Below, in pieces: positions 24,435-35,800 of a stretch of 64,000 bases of DNA. Origin of the DNA: a virus; the IMG/VR virus record IMGVR_UViG_3300042547_000432, one strand, 5' to 3'. The notes under the pieces were generated by a model, which was given only the letters and a program-made list of their open reading frames with translations, was not told the origin of the DNA and ran no database searches. Numbering within the stretch: position 1 is the stretch's first letter; every line of letters begins with the position of its first letter. Both the position numbers and the translations under genes were made by a program.

Positions 24435-24462
24435 ATTATATAGGTAAATGTATGTTTGTCAA
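24435..24462 (-). promoter_or_regulatory. sigma70-type promoter TTGACA-16-TATAAT
   Basis: Perfect hexamers, 16-nt spacer. Confidence 0.65.
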
Positions 24463-24485
24463 GTTACAAATGACACATATTTGTG

Positions 24486-25214
24486 TCAGCAATTCCAAGC
24501 TCTTAATGACTTATTGATACGTGAATCTGGATCTCTTGCTGTTTTCTTTGAAGTTAGTTTCTTTTTCATGCCTTTCATTCTGGCACAGAATGACGCCCTG
24601 CGGGGATTTCCAACCTTTTTTGAAGGTGCCTTAAGGTCGCTTCCAGGATTCTCACGTTCGTAAGATTTTCTGCCTTTTTCATTCAGACCACCCTCTGAAT
24701 TTTTACCAGACTTTTTTGTCCAAGCAGCTCCCTCAGCAACATACTCTTCATTCTTGCTGCTCATATAATCAGCAGCGGTATCAATATAATCAGCAGCGAG
24801 CGTGACCTTAGATTGAACCCATCCAGGTAGTTGCATCTTTGGATCTTGAACAATCAAACGAAGACGGTTAACAGCATCTTCGATCGTATCAAGTTGACTC
24901 ATAATCATTCCACCTTCGTCATCAATCTCTTTGCCCATAGCAACAGCGATGTGATTCTCACAAATCTCACGCATTTCTTTGACGGTTCTTTTCTTTTTGT
25001 GTTGTGCTTTTAGTTCTTTTTCCATCTTAAGTAAGTGAGTATAGTAATCTGGGAATTCATCTAAATGCTGGAGAGCAATACCATATGCTTCTTCGTGTGT
25101 AGTGACATGCTCTCGCTCTACAGTAGAACCAACTTCTGCCTGTTTGATAATAGTTTCAACAGACACACCATGCTTCTTGGCGATTTCTTTTTCTGTGGGA
25201 ACTTTCTTTTTCAT
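24486..25214 (-). CDS. Modular hypothetical protein, 242 aa, probable internal head protein (DUF5661-like N-terminus, basic C-terminal module)
   Basis: TAATG coupling at 25214; VEREH...IALQHLDEFPDYYT; C-terminal KR-rich module ending RAWNC. Confidence 0.75.
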   Translation of the reverse strand: MKKKVPTEKEIAKKHGVSVETIIKQAEVGSTVEREHVTTHEEAYGIALQHLDEFPDYYTHLLKMEKELKAQHKKKRTVKEMREICENHIAVAMGKEIDDEGGMIMSQLDTIEDAVNRLRLIVQDPKMQLPGWVQSKVTLAADYIDTAADYMSSKNEEYVAEGAAWTKKSGKNSEGGLNEKGRKSYERENPGSDLKAPSKKVGNPRRASFCARMKGMKKKLTSKKTARDPDSRINKSLRAWNC

Positions 25215-26599
25215 TAGTAAATCTCCCTCCATTGAAGTGCTGCTCTAATTGTTCCAGAGTTATTACCAATATTTGTTGCTAACACAACATATACTTCTGA
25301 TGAAGTAGAGTCAAAATTTTGAACAATAATGTTTTTCTTGGCAGCAGAAATAGAACCTGTCGAAGCAGACGACAAAGAGTTCTGTGACGAACCAGCAGTT
25401 ACAAAACCACCAAATAAAGCATCACCACTTCCTACTGTATAACCAGTAGCACCAACTGAATATTGAACGCCACTATTGGTATCAACATCGGTCCAATTAA
25501 GTGTGCCAGTCAAGTTTGATTGACTTGGTAATTTAACAATTTGGAATGAAAATGTTTCTCCAGAAGGATACAAAGAAATATTATTTAACCTAACCGAAAT
25601 TCTGTTGGGGTAAGATTGAAATGTATTTTTCAAACGAATTGCCAATACTGGTAGAGTAGCACCACCAACAACTGACCTAGATGTCGTCATCATATACATG
25701 AAGTCAATACCACTTTCAACATATCCACCTTCTGACATAACAGTGGAACAAATCTGATCAAATGAACCACCAGATGTTGTACCTGTGTTTAGTATCTCAC
25801 ATCTTACTGGTAGATTAGGATTTGCGATATAAACTTCATCAAGTTCATTAGAACAATAATATTGGTGTGCTAAAATAAGTTGCCCATTATGAACAAAACC
25901 ACAACGAACTCTACCAACTCCCAACCATTGGAAGTCAATATAAACTAGTTGTGTTTTTGAAGTATTGATGTTGAAACCAGAAACACCAGTTCCATCACAC
26001 TTATCAATGTTCCATTCTGATTGTGGAACTCTTCTTTTGTAAGTTCCTGATGTTGCTTCGCTAGCAGTGCCACTAACATAAGAACGAACAACAAAGTTTA
26101 GAGTGCCATTGGTTGTTCCGTTGGCAGTAGCATCACCAACTTGCTCAAAATAGATACCATCTCTATCATCGTAGTATCCAGTTCTTTTGGTTACATTCTG
26201 TTGAGCATAACCAAAACATACCGAACTGTAAATCATCTGTGACTTACCAGGCTGGTAATGATGATAAAACTTAGTTTGGTGAACAACACGAGAAGTGGTG
26301 TTTGATGTGGTTGCTAAAGTAGCACAAGCCTTATTGATATTATATGTTGCTGTGCCGCCATTAGTTAAGTTATCAAGAAAGTTTGGGTCAATAGCATAAA
26401 GGTGTTTGTAATCACCCAGAGTAAATGATTCAGTAACTTTGAGACGACCAAAAGCATCTACTGCTGTTTCACTAAAAGATACAGAAGCACCAGAACTACC
26501 AGGCCCCACATTGCCGTTTGCGTCGGCAATCATGACTACCTCAAAGTTTGTTTTTTCCTGTGGTAGGAAATCTTCGTAATGCTTACTATACTGTGCCAT
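25214..26599 (-). CDS. Virion structural protein, 461 aa, beta-rich
   Basis: PQSEWNIDKCDG and IDFQWLGVGRVRCGF; homologous to the C-terminus of the 2623-aa protein. Confidence 0.75.
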   Translation of the reverse strand: MAQYSKHYEDFLPQEKTNFEVVMIADANGNVGPGSSGASVSFSETAVDAFGRLKVTESFTLGDYKHLYAIDPNFLDNLTNGGTATYNINKACATLATTSNTTSRVVHQTKFYHHYQPGKSQMIYSSVCFGYAQQNVTKRTGYYDDRDGIYFEQVGDATANGTTNGTLNFVVRSYVSGTASEATSGTYKRRVPQSEWNIDKCDGTGVSGFNINTSKTQLVYIDFQWLGVGRVRCGFVHNGQLILAHQYYCSNELDEVYIANPNLPVRCEILNTGTTSGGSFDQICSTVMSEGGYVESGIDFMYMMTTSRSVVGGATLPVLAIRLKNTFQSYPNRISVRLNNISLYPSGETFSFQIVKLPSQSNLTGTLNWTDVDTNSGVQYSVGATGYTVGSGDALFGGFVTAGSSQNSLSSASTGSISAAKKNIIVQNFDSTSSEVYVVLATNIGNNSGTIRAALQWREIY

Positions 26600-26844
26600 C
26601 AGATTGAATACGCGACTTTAGCTGCTTTAAATGCCGCGCCTCCTTCTAGTGTGTCTGTAGAATCTTTTTCAACATAAGCAACTTCATTTGCCGCCATTGT
26701 GAAACTACCAATCGTAGCGCCAGCAGAATCCTTACGAGTTACTACCGCTGCTGTGCTGGTATTAATAACTCTAACAACAGTTGCTGAATCAACATTAGTA
26801 GCTGAGGTGAGCGTTGTTTCCGCCGCCAATACTTTAATGAGCAT
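26599..26844 (-). CDS. Small beta-rich putative virion protein, 81 aa
   Basis: Late promoter at 26866-26872; coupled to the next gene. Confidence 0.7.
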   Translation of the reverse strand: MLIKVLAAETTLTSATNVDSATVVRVINTSTAAVVTRKDSAGATIGSFTMAANEVAYVEKDSTDTLEGGAAFKAAKVAYSI

Positions 26845-26864
26845 TGTATTATTCCGTTTATTTT

Positions 26865-27272
26865 CTATTTATTCTTGGCGGCATCTTTAATCATCTTTTG
26901 AAGATCTGCCGTTGTGCCAATAAACATTGTATTATTGACAGTAGTTGGTGTTGATTTTTTGTCTTCTTTGCCAAGATTTTTCATCTTGTGCTGAAGGTCA
27001 ATCAGTTTGTCTGTCATGTCTGAGACCTGCTTCATAGCGTTCACAGCAACCTCATACGCTCTAGGGTGCCCCGACTCCTGAGCAACCTCTAAGGCACCTT
27101 GTACCGCCTCCTGACCCTGTGATATGAGAGTGTATAACTGCCCTCTGGTATATTCATAATCTTTGTTGGCATCAATGCTAATTTCGCTATTTGCTTGTGT
27201 GATCATTTCAGTTGTTTCTTCAATCGGTGTTATGTCAAAAATTTCTTCCATGTTGTCTTCAAATTTACTCAT
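26865..27272 (-). CDS. gp16: Terminase small subunit gp16
   Basis: DYEYTRGQLY, ALEVAQESGHPRAYEV, NNTMFIGTTADL. Confidence 0.92.
   Translation of the reverse strand: MSKFEDNMEEIFDITPIEETTEMITQANSEISIDANKDYEYTRGQLYTLISQGQEAVQGALEVAQESGHPRAYEVAVNAMKQVSDMTDKLIDLQHKMKNLGKEDKKSTPTTVNNTMFIGTTADLQKMIKDAAKNK
26866..26872 (-). promoter_or_regulatory. Late promoter at the end of gp16
   Basis: ATAAATA. Confidence 0.55.
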
Positions 27273-28066
27273 AGTAGTGTAATTCCCTCGTTAAATCCAA
27301 AGTCATCGTCTGGCATTAGAAGCGCATCATCTGCTACATCAACATCACCATCTGCGTCTTGATCCGAAAGAGCTTTTGGTGTTACATCGTAACGAACTGC
27401 TCTCCTATGTTCTTGGAAATCGCCAAGACTTTCAAATACTGTCGCCTTGCGAATGATTTGGGAATCTGTGACTGGACCATATAAGTAAGTTTTTAATGTG
27501 AACGACAATGTATAAATGATAGCTCTTCTACGCATCATATCATCTTCATAATCATCCTCGTAACTAATATTGTTTAAAATAATTGGTAAATCTTTTTTTT
27601 CATCCATCTCAGGAATTAGATTTACTGTGACGTTGAAAGATGGTTGAAAGTATGGTAGAATTTGCTCAAGAATTTGTAGAGCGTCATCTTGATTCTTTGA
27701 TAAAATACCAAGTTCAAATTCAAGATTATATGGAACAGGCATATACTGAACACTTACTGAATCAGCATCTGCCTTTTTTAAATACTTTTGAATTGGGGAA
27801 GTTTTCCTTGAAGGATCGTAGGTTATACTAGTCATCTCAAAAGAGATGCGAGGCATTGTAATACTTACTTTGCGCTCTGTGCTTGGATCTTGATCTAGAC
27901 GAGCAAGGAATTTACTCTTGGGACCATAAGCAAGAGCAACTTTTTCTTGACGAATTACTGCGTTAGTATCTGGATCTCTCTTTTCAACTTGAATGTTGTT
28001 GAAAATAGTTCCAAATGCTTTTACATTTTTTTTAATAATTTCGTGATAAAAATGATTTCCTAACAT
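27269..28066 (-). CDS. gp15: Tail sheath stabilizer / terminator gp15
   Basis: HFYHEII, FGTIFN, LAYGPK, PRISFE, EQILPYFQP. Confidence 0.95.
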   Translation of the reverse strand: MLGNHFYHEIIKKNVKAFGTIFNNIQVEKRDPDTNAVIRQEKVALAYGPKSKFLARLDQDPSTERKVSITMPRISFEMTSITYDPSRKTSPIQKYLKKADADSVSVQYMPVPYNLEFELGILSKNQDDALQILEQILPYFQPSFNVTVNLIPEMDEKKDLPIILNNISYEDDYEDDMMRRRAIIYTLSFTLKTYLYGPVTDSQIIRKATVFESLGDFQEHRRAVRYDVTPKALSDQDADGDVDVADDALLMPDDDFGFNEGITLL

Positions 28067-28965
28067 TAGAATACTCCCATATCTCCATATTCACCAAAAG
28101 GATTGTCCTCGTTAAAATCAATAATTAAATTAGCTTTATCTTCATACCACTTATTCTCGGCATTGTCATAATTGTCAATTTCAAAATCAATAGTGGAGAA
28201 AGTATCTACAATCCATGATGCGTTACTTGTTTGCCCAATTAAAACAACATTTTGTTGTAAATCACCATTTATATATGTTAATCTCAGTTTACGAGTAGCA
28301 GCAACCCATTCGGCAACTGTTGCTTTAGTAATTGTTGGTACTCCTCCAACAGTATAAGTCTGTCTAACTTCTTCTCCAACAACATATGTTCCTGTGCCAC
28401 CAACCTTTACTGTTACAGGGAATACATGGGATTCTTGTGTGAGATCATCAATCTCAGGATCACCTGTGTTGAAGTAATTGTCAGCATTCTCGATAAGTTC
28501 ACAAGTCATAGAAAAAATATAATTTTTCCCCAACTGATAGAAAGGAACTTCTCTTTCTACGAATTTAATTTCATAAAGATTTTTTGTCATTGGCACATAA
28601 AGAAGATCGCCTTCGTTTGGTCTGTTTGGAACTCTAGTATCAATCTCTGTTTCTACATAATTAATCCATCTTCTTTTAGATACAGCATATGTAATCTCAT
28701 CGCTCAATCGTAGACCAAACTTGGACATTGCGACAGCACCAGATCCACCAAATCCTTCTACATTGATTAGCATCATTTCAATTGTTACTTTATCTTCAAA
28801 TTTAGAAAGGATCACATCATTTAAAGTTCTATCAATTAACATTGTTTTTGGCACATAGATAACATCCTGCCCGAACAATTTAATCTGCTCGTCTACAAGA
28901 TCTTGAATTAAATCTTGTTCGTTAGATGTTCCACCGAATTGGGTGAAGTATTGACTTTTTGCCAT
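28066..28965 (-). CDS. gp14: Neck protein gp14
   Basis: EQIKLFG, SKFG, RPNEGDLLY, FYQLGK, EDNPFGE. Confidence 0.94.
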   Translation of the reverse strand: MAKSQYFTQFGGTSNEQDLIQDLVDEQIKLFGQDVIYVPKTMLIDRTLNDVILSKFEDKVTIEMMLINVEGFGGSGAVAMSKFGLRLSDEITYAVSKRRWINYVETEIDTRVPNRPNEGDLLYVPMTKNLYEIKFVEREVPFYQLGKNYIFSMTCELIENADNYFNTGDPEIDDLTQESHVFPVTVKVGGTGTYVVGEEVRQTYTVGGVPTITKATVAEWVAATRKLRLTYINGDLQQNVVLIGQTSNASWIVDTFSTIDFEIDNYDNAENKWYEDKANLIIDFNEDNPFGEYGDMGVF

Positions 28966-29807
28966 TATCCGATCATATCTAATGGTGGTAGTTCATAATC
29001 AGAAATCATCTTGCTTTCAATTTCATCAATCTCTCTGAGAGCATCTTCATAGATTTGACGACCGTTGTATGATACACCGCCAGGTAACTGAACGTTGTTA
29101 AACTTGATTAAGTTCTGACCCCACTGACGCTTGATGAGAGCAGTAACATATCTCTTCATCCAAAAGTCATCCCAGATTTGAGTGAACACATTTGGATCTA
29201 AAGCACGATAGCAGTCAATAAGAAGATAAGCATCTTCCTTGACACGATTTACATCAATGTCAATATAGAGTCTATCTTGTCTTTTATTGAAACGATACTC
29301 TACAAAAGCACCAGTATTAATAACCATGTCGAGGGTTTCGAAATACTGTTTAATCATATAGTAGTTTGTCATGTCAAAGTTACCATAGGAAAATGTTCCA
29401 CCTGATGAGATGGCAAACAAATCCATGAGGTAATACTGGTTTGATAGACCAAACAAATCGTTTCTGAGGAAGTTGGATGATACTCCAAATACCCTTGAGA
29501 TACCAAACACATGATCTGGTATCTCAATAAAGTTTTTTCTGTTCTCCCATGTAGCTTCGTCAGGTGCTGAGGTGTTTGAGAGTTCGTCAGATTCTTGGAA
29601 GCGCGTTACATCATCAGCAGTTAACTTATGCTTTAAATACATTCTTTCCGAACCGTCAAAATGACGCTCATGAAAATACTGTAGAGCATCATCAATACAA
29701 TCTTCTATTTGTTGATCCGCAACATTGATTTCTAAAACAGGTGCTCCAAGTTTTCGTAGGCAATAATTTTTTAATTCAGTTCTTGTTGCTGGTTTTGACA
29801 CCGACAT
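28965..29807 (-). CDS. gp13: Neck protein gp13
   Basis: LRKLGAPVLEIN, KRQWGQNLIKF, LPGGV, ELPPLDMIG. Confidence 0.95.
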   Translation of the reverse strand: MSVSKPATRTELKNYCLRKLGAPVLEINVADQQIEDCIDDALQYFHERHFDGSERMYLKHKLTADDVTRFQESDELSNTSAPDEATWENRKNFIEIPDHVFGISRVFGVSSNFLRNDLFGLSNQYYLMDLFAISSGGTFSYGNFDMTNYYMIKQYFETLDMVINTGAFVEYRFNKRQDRLYIDIDVNRVKEDAYLLIDCYRALDPNVFTQIWDDFWMKRYVTALIKRQWGQNLIKFNNVQLPGGVSYNGRQIYEDALREIDEIESKMISDYELPPLDMIG

Positions 29808-29836
29808 TTACCAGTCCTATATTTATTTCCTAAAGA

Positions 29837-29844
29837 TATTTATA
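29837..29844 (-). promoter_or_regulatory. Late promoter TATAAATA for gp13
   Basis: Exact consensus. Confidence 0.8.
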
Positions 29845-29869
29845 AAAAAAGAGGGGGTTGCCCCCCCTC
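29844..29869 (-). terminator. Terminator after the 2623-aa gene
   Basis: GAGGGGG-GGCAA-CCCCCTC followed by T7. Confidence 0.85.
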
Positions 29870-29891
29870 CTTCAAGTATGTTGGAAATGAA

Positions 29892-32800
29892 TCAGGCTTG
29901 TGATTCAGTCCAGGAGATACGAGCAGTAACTGCGGTACGACCTCTTTCGTTAGCACCAGCACCAGGGAGCTGAGTATTCAAGAATGGAATTGTCGTAACA
30001 ACAGCGAGTGTTAGAACATCAGGACCATTCGGGAATACATAATCGCCACCAAGGATGCTGTTACCCATTTCAACCAGTTCACCCAGTTCTTGAACTGAAG
30101 GAGCACCAGCAGCAGCACGGAATTCGAAGATGGATACACCACCTGTGATTGTATCAGCTACTTGACCAGTGTGCTTAATAATTTGACATAGTGAAGGAGC
30201 ACCATAGTTAGTGAAGTAAGCAGCTTGAGACAAGTTACCATTGAGAATTAGACGAACCGAAGAAGCATCTCTTCTGGTTGCTGTTACGGTTGTATTTAAA
30301 ACACCCGTTGTTTGATCAGCAACTTCTGGAGTACAAACAATACCACAGGAATTCATCTTTAGAATCATTCGGTTAATAAGGTCTCTTTCTCCAAGAGGAC
30401 CGACAAGAGAACTTGCGACAGATGGAGCAAGGCGGATTGAAAGGATAGGAACGGCAGTACCAGATAGGTTGCCAGAAATACTGACAGTATCTGAACCAAC
30501 TGAACCAGAAGCAACCGTGAAGAGGTATGCCTTATCATCCTCAAATTTACCATCCATGATTACCGAAGCACCCCAGTGATAGAGTGATGGAGCATAAGTT
30601 GGATTATTACCGTTCTCAACTTCATAACGAGCAGGTAGGTTACCAGAACGGAGGTAAGCTTCATTCTCGTGGTTGTTGTGAACAAACTCATGAACATAAG
30701 TTACGATACCATCTTGATCTTTGAATCCAAAGCGAACCTTACCAGCACCATACCATGAGTAATCCATGTATGCCATTTGCTGACGGTGGATATCAAGTTT
30801 GAATCCAGTTACGCCATTACCATCACACTTGTCAATATTCCACTGTGATTGAGGCACCTTGAGATCACGAACCTTAGACATAATAATTTTTGATCTCGTA
30901 GTTCCTCTGTATGAAGGAGAAATGTGAATCGAGGTGTCGGAATCAACAGCAGTGACTTTATAAGTCATACCACGAACAGCAACGTAGTCACCAACAACTA
31001 ATTGCTTAGTGAATTTGGTGCCAGTTCCGACAATAGCATTAGATTTGAACGCACACGAAACAGTTCCCGCCATTTGCGCGGTAGCATTTCTTCTTACACA
31101 ATAGAGATCTTGACCATCATATTCAAAGAACATACCATTTTGGTCATCAAACATACCAGCACGAACCTTGGCATCTGCCCACTCATAAAGGAATAGAGCA
31201 GGGAATCCAGCAGGATTTACATCAGCAGGAACGCCATTTGTAGCATAACGGAATGTAAATTCATCAATAACATTATTGACTGTGAAGAATTGACCATTTG
31301 AAGGAGTTGTGTATGGTGTAGCAACACCACTGGTTACAGTTACATCTTCGATGATAATTTTGTTGCCAGCAACTAACTTATGTGGTTTTCTTGTAACAAC
31401 TGTGGCGAATTGAGTTCCGTCATGATTGATGCTTGAAACATCAATTGAAGGACTGAAGTTAATACCAGTTGAATACTGTAGACCTTTACCTGACTGATAA
31501 CGGAAGTATCTTCTGGTTTGTCTTACAATGTTTACTCCAGGAGCTTTTGCTGCGGAGATTTCAACACCACCATCAAATGATCTGTGTAGGTTCAAGCAGT
31601 CTGGTCTTACGAACATTTGAGTTTCGTAAATGAATGGAAGTGCCTGTAGAACACCATCACGAATGTTTGAGGTATTCTGGTTTAAGTAATAATTAGCATT
31701 GGTAAGAACGTTATCAGCAGATAAGGCACCACCAGATTGGTAACGAATGTATGAACTACCACAATAAGTAGCAGCAACCAAATAATGGTTAAAACCAGCA
31801 CCAGTTGAAGTAAGTGTAATACGCTGCATGGTTAGAGCGTTGCTCAAGTTGGCAGCAAGACGAATTACATCCTCATTGATCTTAATTACATAATAAGTTT
31901 GACCATCAGTTAAACCACCAATAGCATTACCGATACCAAATCCGTTCGAATAGTAAACTTTAACCCCAGTGTTTAGACCATGATTTGGAATGTAAATTTC
32001 GCTTCTTTCTGTTGAGACAACAGGAATTGCTAAACCAGATACAGTGTTGGTAGTTGATTGTGGGTTGAAAATAATTTGACGGGTTGGGTATGGATCAGTA
32101 ACAACCATATCAGCGTCATTATTGATAGCAATTACTTGCATATCAAATACAAAACCCTCTACTTTTTCGAACCTATGTGTCGAACCAGTTCCACTTGCGG
32201 TTGGAATAACTTGGTCTACACCAGCACCAGTTGAACCCCCAATAAATGCTCCAGATGGAGAAGTGTGAATAGTAAAATCATTATCATTGATTACGTTAAC
32301 GTAGTAAATTGTATTAACAGTCATACCAGCGTATGGCTGTTGTGGTAACTGAGAGACATACTCCTGCCAGTTACCGTTAGTAGCTTGGTGCCATCCACCC
32401 TGAGCATCCAATTTATACATGATAGCATCACCAGTTGATAATCCATGACCACTAATATTGAATATACCAGTGGATGTACTGGTCAATGCGTTTGAACCAG
32501 CAACAGTACCAGAGAAAACAAGAGTCTTAACTGGCATTCTGTTAGATAGTTTGATACTATCTCCACCTCTGTATTGAGCAAGGAATCTTGTAGAATATGA
32601 AGGTAGTGGTGGAAGTAGCATCCAGTTAATGTTTGCTCTACCGTCACTATCTTGTACTGGTGGTTGGTTGCTGTTTGCTGTGAATGTCGTTGATCCAGGT
32701 GGGGTAGCACCTACAACCGACATGTAGTAACTATTTCTGTATAGAACTACATCACCATAGAGATAGTTATCAGAAGCATTCCAGTCTCCTTTGAAAGTTG

Positions 32801-35800
32801 TTCCTCTCAAAGTTGGGTTGGTTACTTTAAACTGGTGTAGAGTACTTGTACCAACACCAAGAATATCAACAAGGTCGGTATTTGTGTAAGCACCCAACCA
32901 AGTATTATGAAGTGAGAACTGGTTTGTGGATTGACCAGAGGCAGCACCACCTCTCTGTACAGCCGAGAGATTTTGAGTATTGTTTACAAAATATTGTCTA
33001 CCAGAAACAAGACCATTAATTTGTCTACCGTTACCCCATACCTGATAAATTACACGGTCACCAGTTACAAATCCGTGACTGCTTAATACGATTCTATCAG
33101 AAGCAGATAAAATAACGGAAGCGGAAGAACCATTAACAATAATATCTCTCGCAACAATAGTAGCAAGACCATTACCTAACGACTCACCAGTTACCTGAGA
33201 AGTTGTTAAAGTATGACCAGCGTTAATTGTTCCAGATGTGGAATAATTTCTGATAGCAATTCCTTTAATAGCATCGTCCTTTGTATATGCTAATTCAAAT
33301 AGATCTAAATTTCTACGAATAGCATAATATGTTCCAGAAACAAAAGAAGTTCCAGCAGGAGATCCACCAGTTGTTGTGTTAGCTACAGTAACAGAAGAAA
33401 CAGTAGAAGAAATAACTTTAAATGTTCCATTATATCCATTGTTTGTGGAACCACCAACAGTGACTCCAGAAATAGTTACAGTTTGATTTGGAACAATATC
33501 AAAAGGTGATGATGGAAGAGTGCCGAAATTATATGTTACTTGAGTTCCAGTTGAAGTAATATTAGTGATTTGTAAATCATACAAAGCACTGTATCCTTGT
33601 CTTGGGTGAGTATTTCCAGAAGATCTACCAATTTCAAAACTGTTACCATTCTTCGAATAAACAACTCTCGTTCCAGTTGTAAATCCATGGTTTTGATAGA
33701 GGAATGTTCCATTCTTCAAATCAACATTCTTTGATGGATCAAAGATAATACTTCTTGATGAAATATTTCTTCCAGGAGCAAAAGTCATCTTGTAATCTGA
33801 TACAGCAGAAGCATCATAACCACCATCAATTGTTCCAGTTGAAGAAACATTGACTAAAGTGTGAGTTCCACTGGCAGAAGAAGCAAGAGGAACGGAATCA
33901 TAGTATTGTACAAATGACCAGCTACCACCAGTACCTGGAGCTGTAATATCAATTGGGAATCCAGCAAAAGCAGCAGCTCTTGAATGCGCTAACTGGAAAG
34001 TATTAGCATCAATAGGAATAGCAAAATAAAGTTGAGCGTTTGCTGCTTGAGAAGTGTTGATGATAGTGTTATTAATAGAACCGCCAGTTGAGAAAGCAGA
34101 AATAGCAACTGTTTCTCCAATTCTTAGACCATGGTTTGTTAATGTCCACCAGTTGTTTGGTTCACTTGTGCTACCAAAACCAACAGCAAATGAACGAGGA
34201 GTTGCTGTATCTCTAACTTGTAGTTGGAAACTACCATTAATACGGTATAACGTAATTTCGTGAGGGATTTGTGTTGGAGTAGTTCCACCAAATCCTCTTA
34301 CTACAGTAACAGTATTTCCACTTACGGCGGTTACAAGCATTCTTTCATTTAGATAAGAACCTGTCCAAAGTGTATTTCCTGGTTGAATAGCAGAACCAAT
34401 ACTTGTATTCAATGTCAATACGGTAGCATCAGCATCATGGAAAATTGTGGTAAAGAATCCAGTGGAAAGTGGGGTAAAATCACTAACGTTTCTTACAGTA
34501 AATAAGTTACCATTTACGAGACCAGGAGCGCCAACATATGCGCTACCAACTTCAGATGAACCTGTTGATTCGTAACGAACAACGTCACCTTCAACTAATG
34601 TTTGCTGCTCAATTGGTAGGAAAATTCTATTACCAAATTGGTTAGCAACTGTTGTGTTAGCAAATTTTACTTTGGTTGTTCCAAATGGTCCCGAAACAGA
34701 AGTAGTCGCTTGAGACGCAGTTCCTGTGATTGACATTTGGACAGTTGGTTGACCAGATGGTAGTACGCCAGCGGCAGTACTGTACAACTGAACTTTGAAA
34801 ATATCATCAGTAACAGGGACCATGAAATAACGTGTATTGCTTAATCCTTGAATTTGAGCAGTATTTTGAGTCATTGTCATGGTAACTCTTGGCCAGTTAA
34901 CACCAGTTACATCCTGAACATAATCAAACAGTGGACCAGGGAATCCAGCAGTTCCTGGGAATACCCCTTGTGTATCAGTGGTGCCATTAGTAAAGGAACC
35001 AGAAATACTATATGATGTTCTTTGGCCAGTTATACCACCATGATTTGGTAGATAGAAACTATTAGAGAATCTATTCTCAGCAATACGAGCACAGAAGAAA
35101 CGACCAGCACCAACAGTTCTGTTTGTTGTAAAGTTAATTGGGGAACCAGTTTCTGCTAAAGTGATAGAGAATTCCGATCTTGATGATAGAGGACCAGTAT
35201 TAATTAATGTTCTGGCATAGTACTTCTGATATGAAGCATATGTATTTGGAGTCTCTGTTACTCCGCCTGGCATTGTTGAACCAGTACCGAGCTTAAGAAT
35301 AATCTCTGCTTTCTCTGTCATGTAGGCAGGTAAATTAGCATATGCGCCGATAACACGGTCACGACCACCCGCAGCACCACCAGCAGCATCAGAGAAAGTA
35401 TCAATAGTAAATCCAGGATGAAGTTGATAAACTCCACCTGCCCAAGTATTAGCCGTGGAAAAATCAATTCTTGTTGCGGAAGTGGAACCAGAATAGGGAC
35501 CAGGACCAGCAACAGTTTCTGAAATTCTTAGTTCAAGTTCGTCTTTGTTAACTGGTTCAATAAAGTAGATTGCTGTCGCGCTGGCTGATTCTACAGGTGG
35601 GTTTGAACCCCCAGTCCATGTATTACCACCACCAACATACATTACAGGAACACCAGAAACTAAACCATGATTTTTAATGAAAATTCTATTAGATGAGACA
35701 CATTCACGGGTAAACATTTTCGATGTGATAGACGCCCAATCATGAATTGAAACGCGATTGTGATTCAACCACGAAGAAGCAGCATCATGTACTTGAGTAC

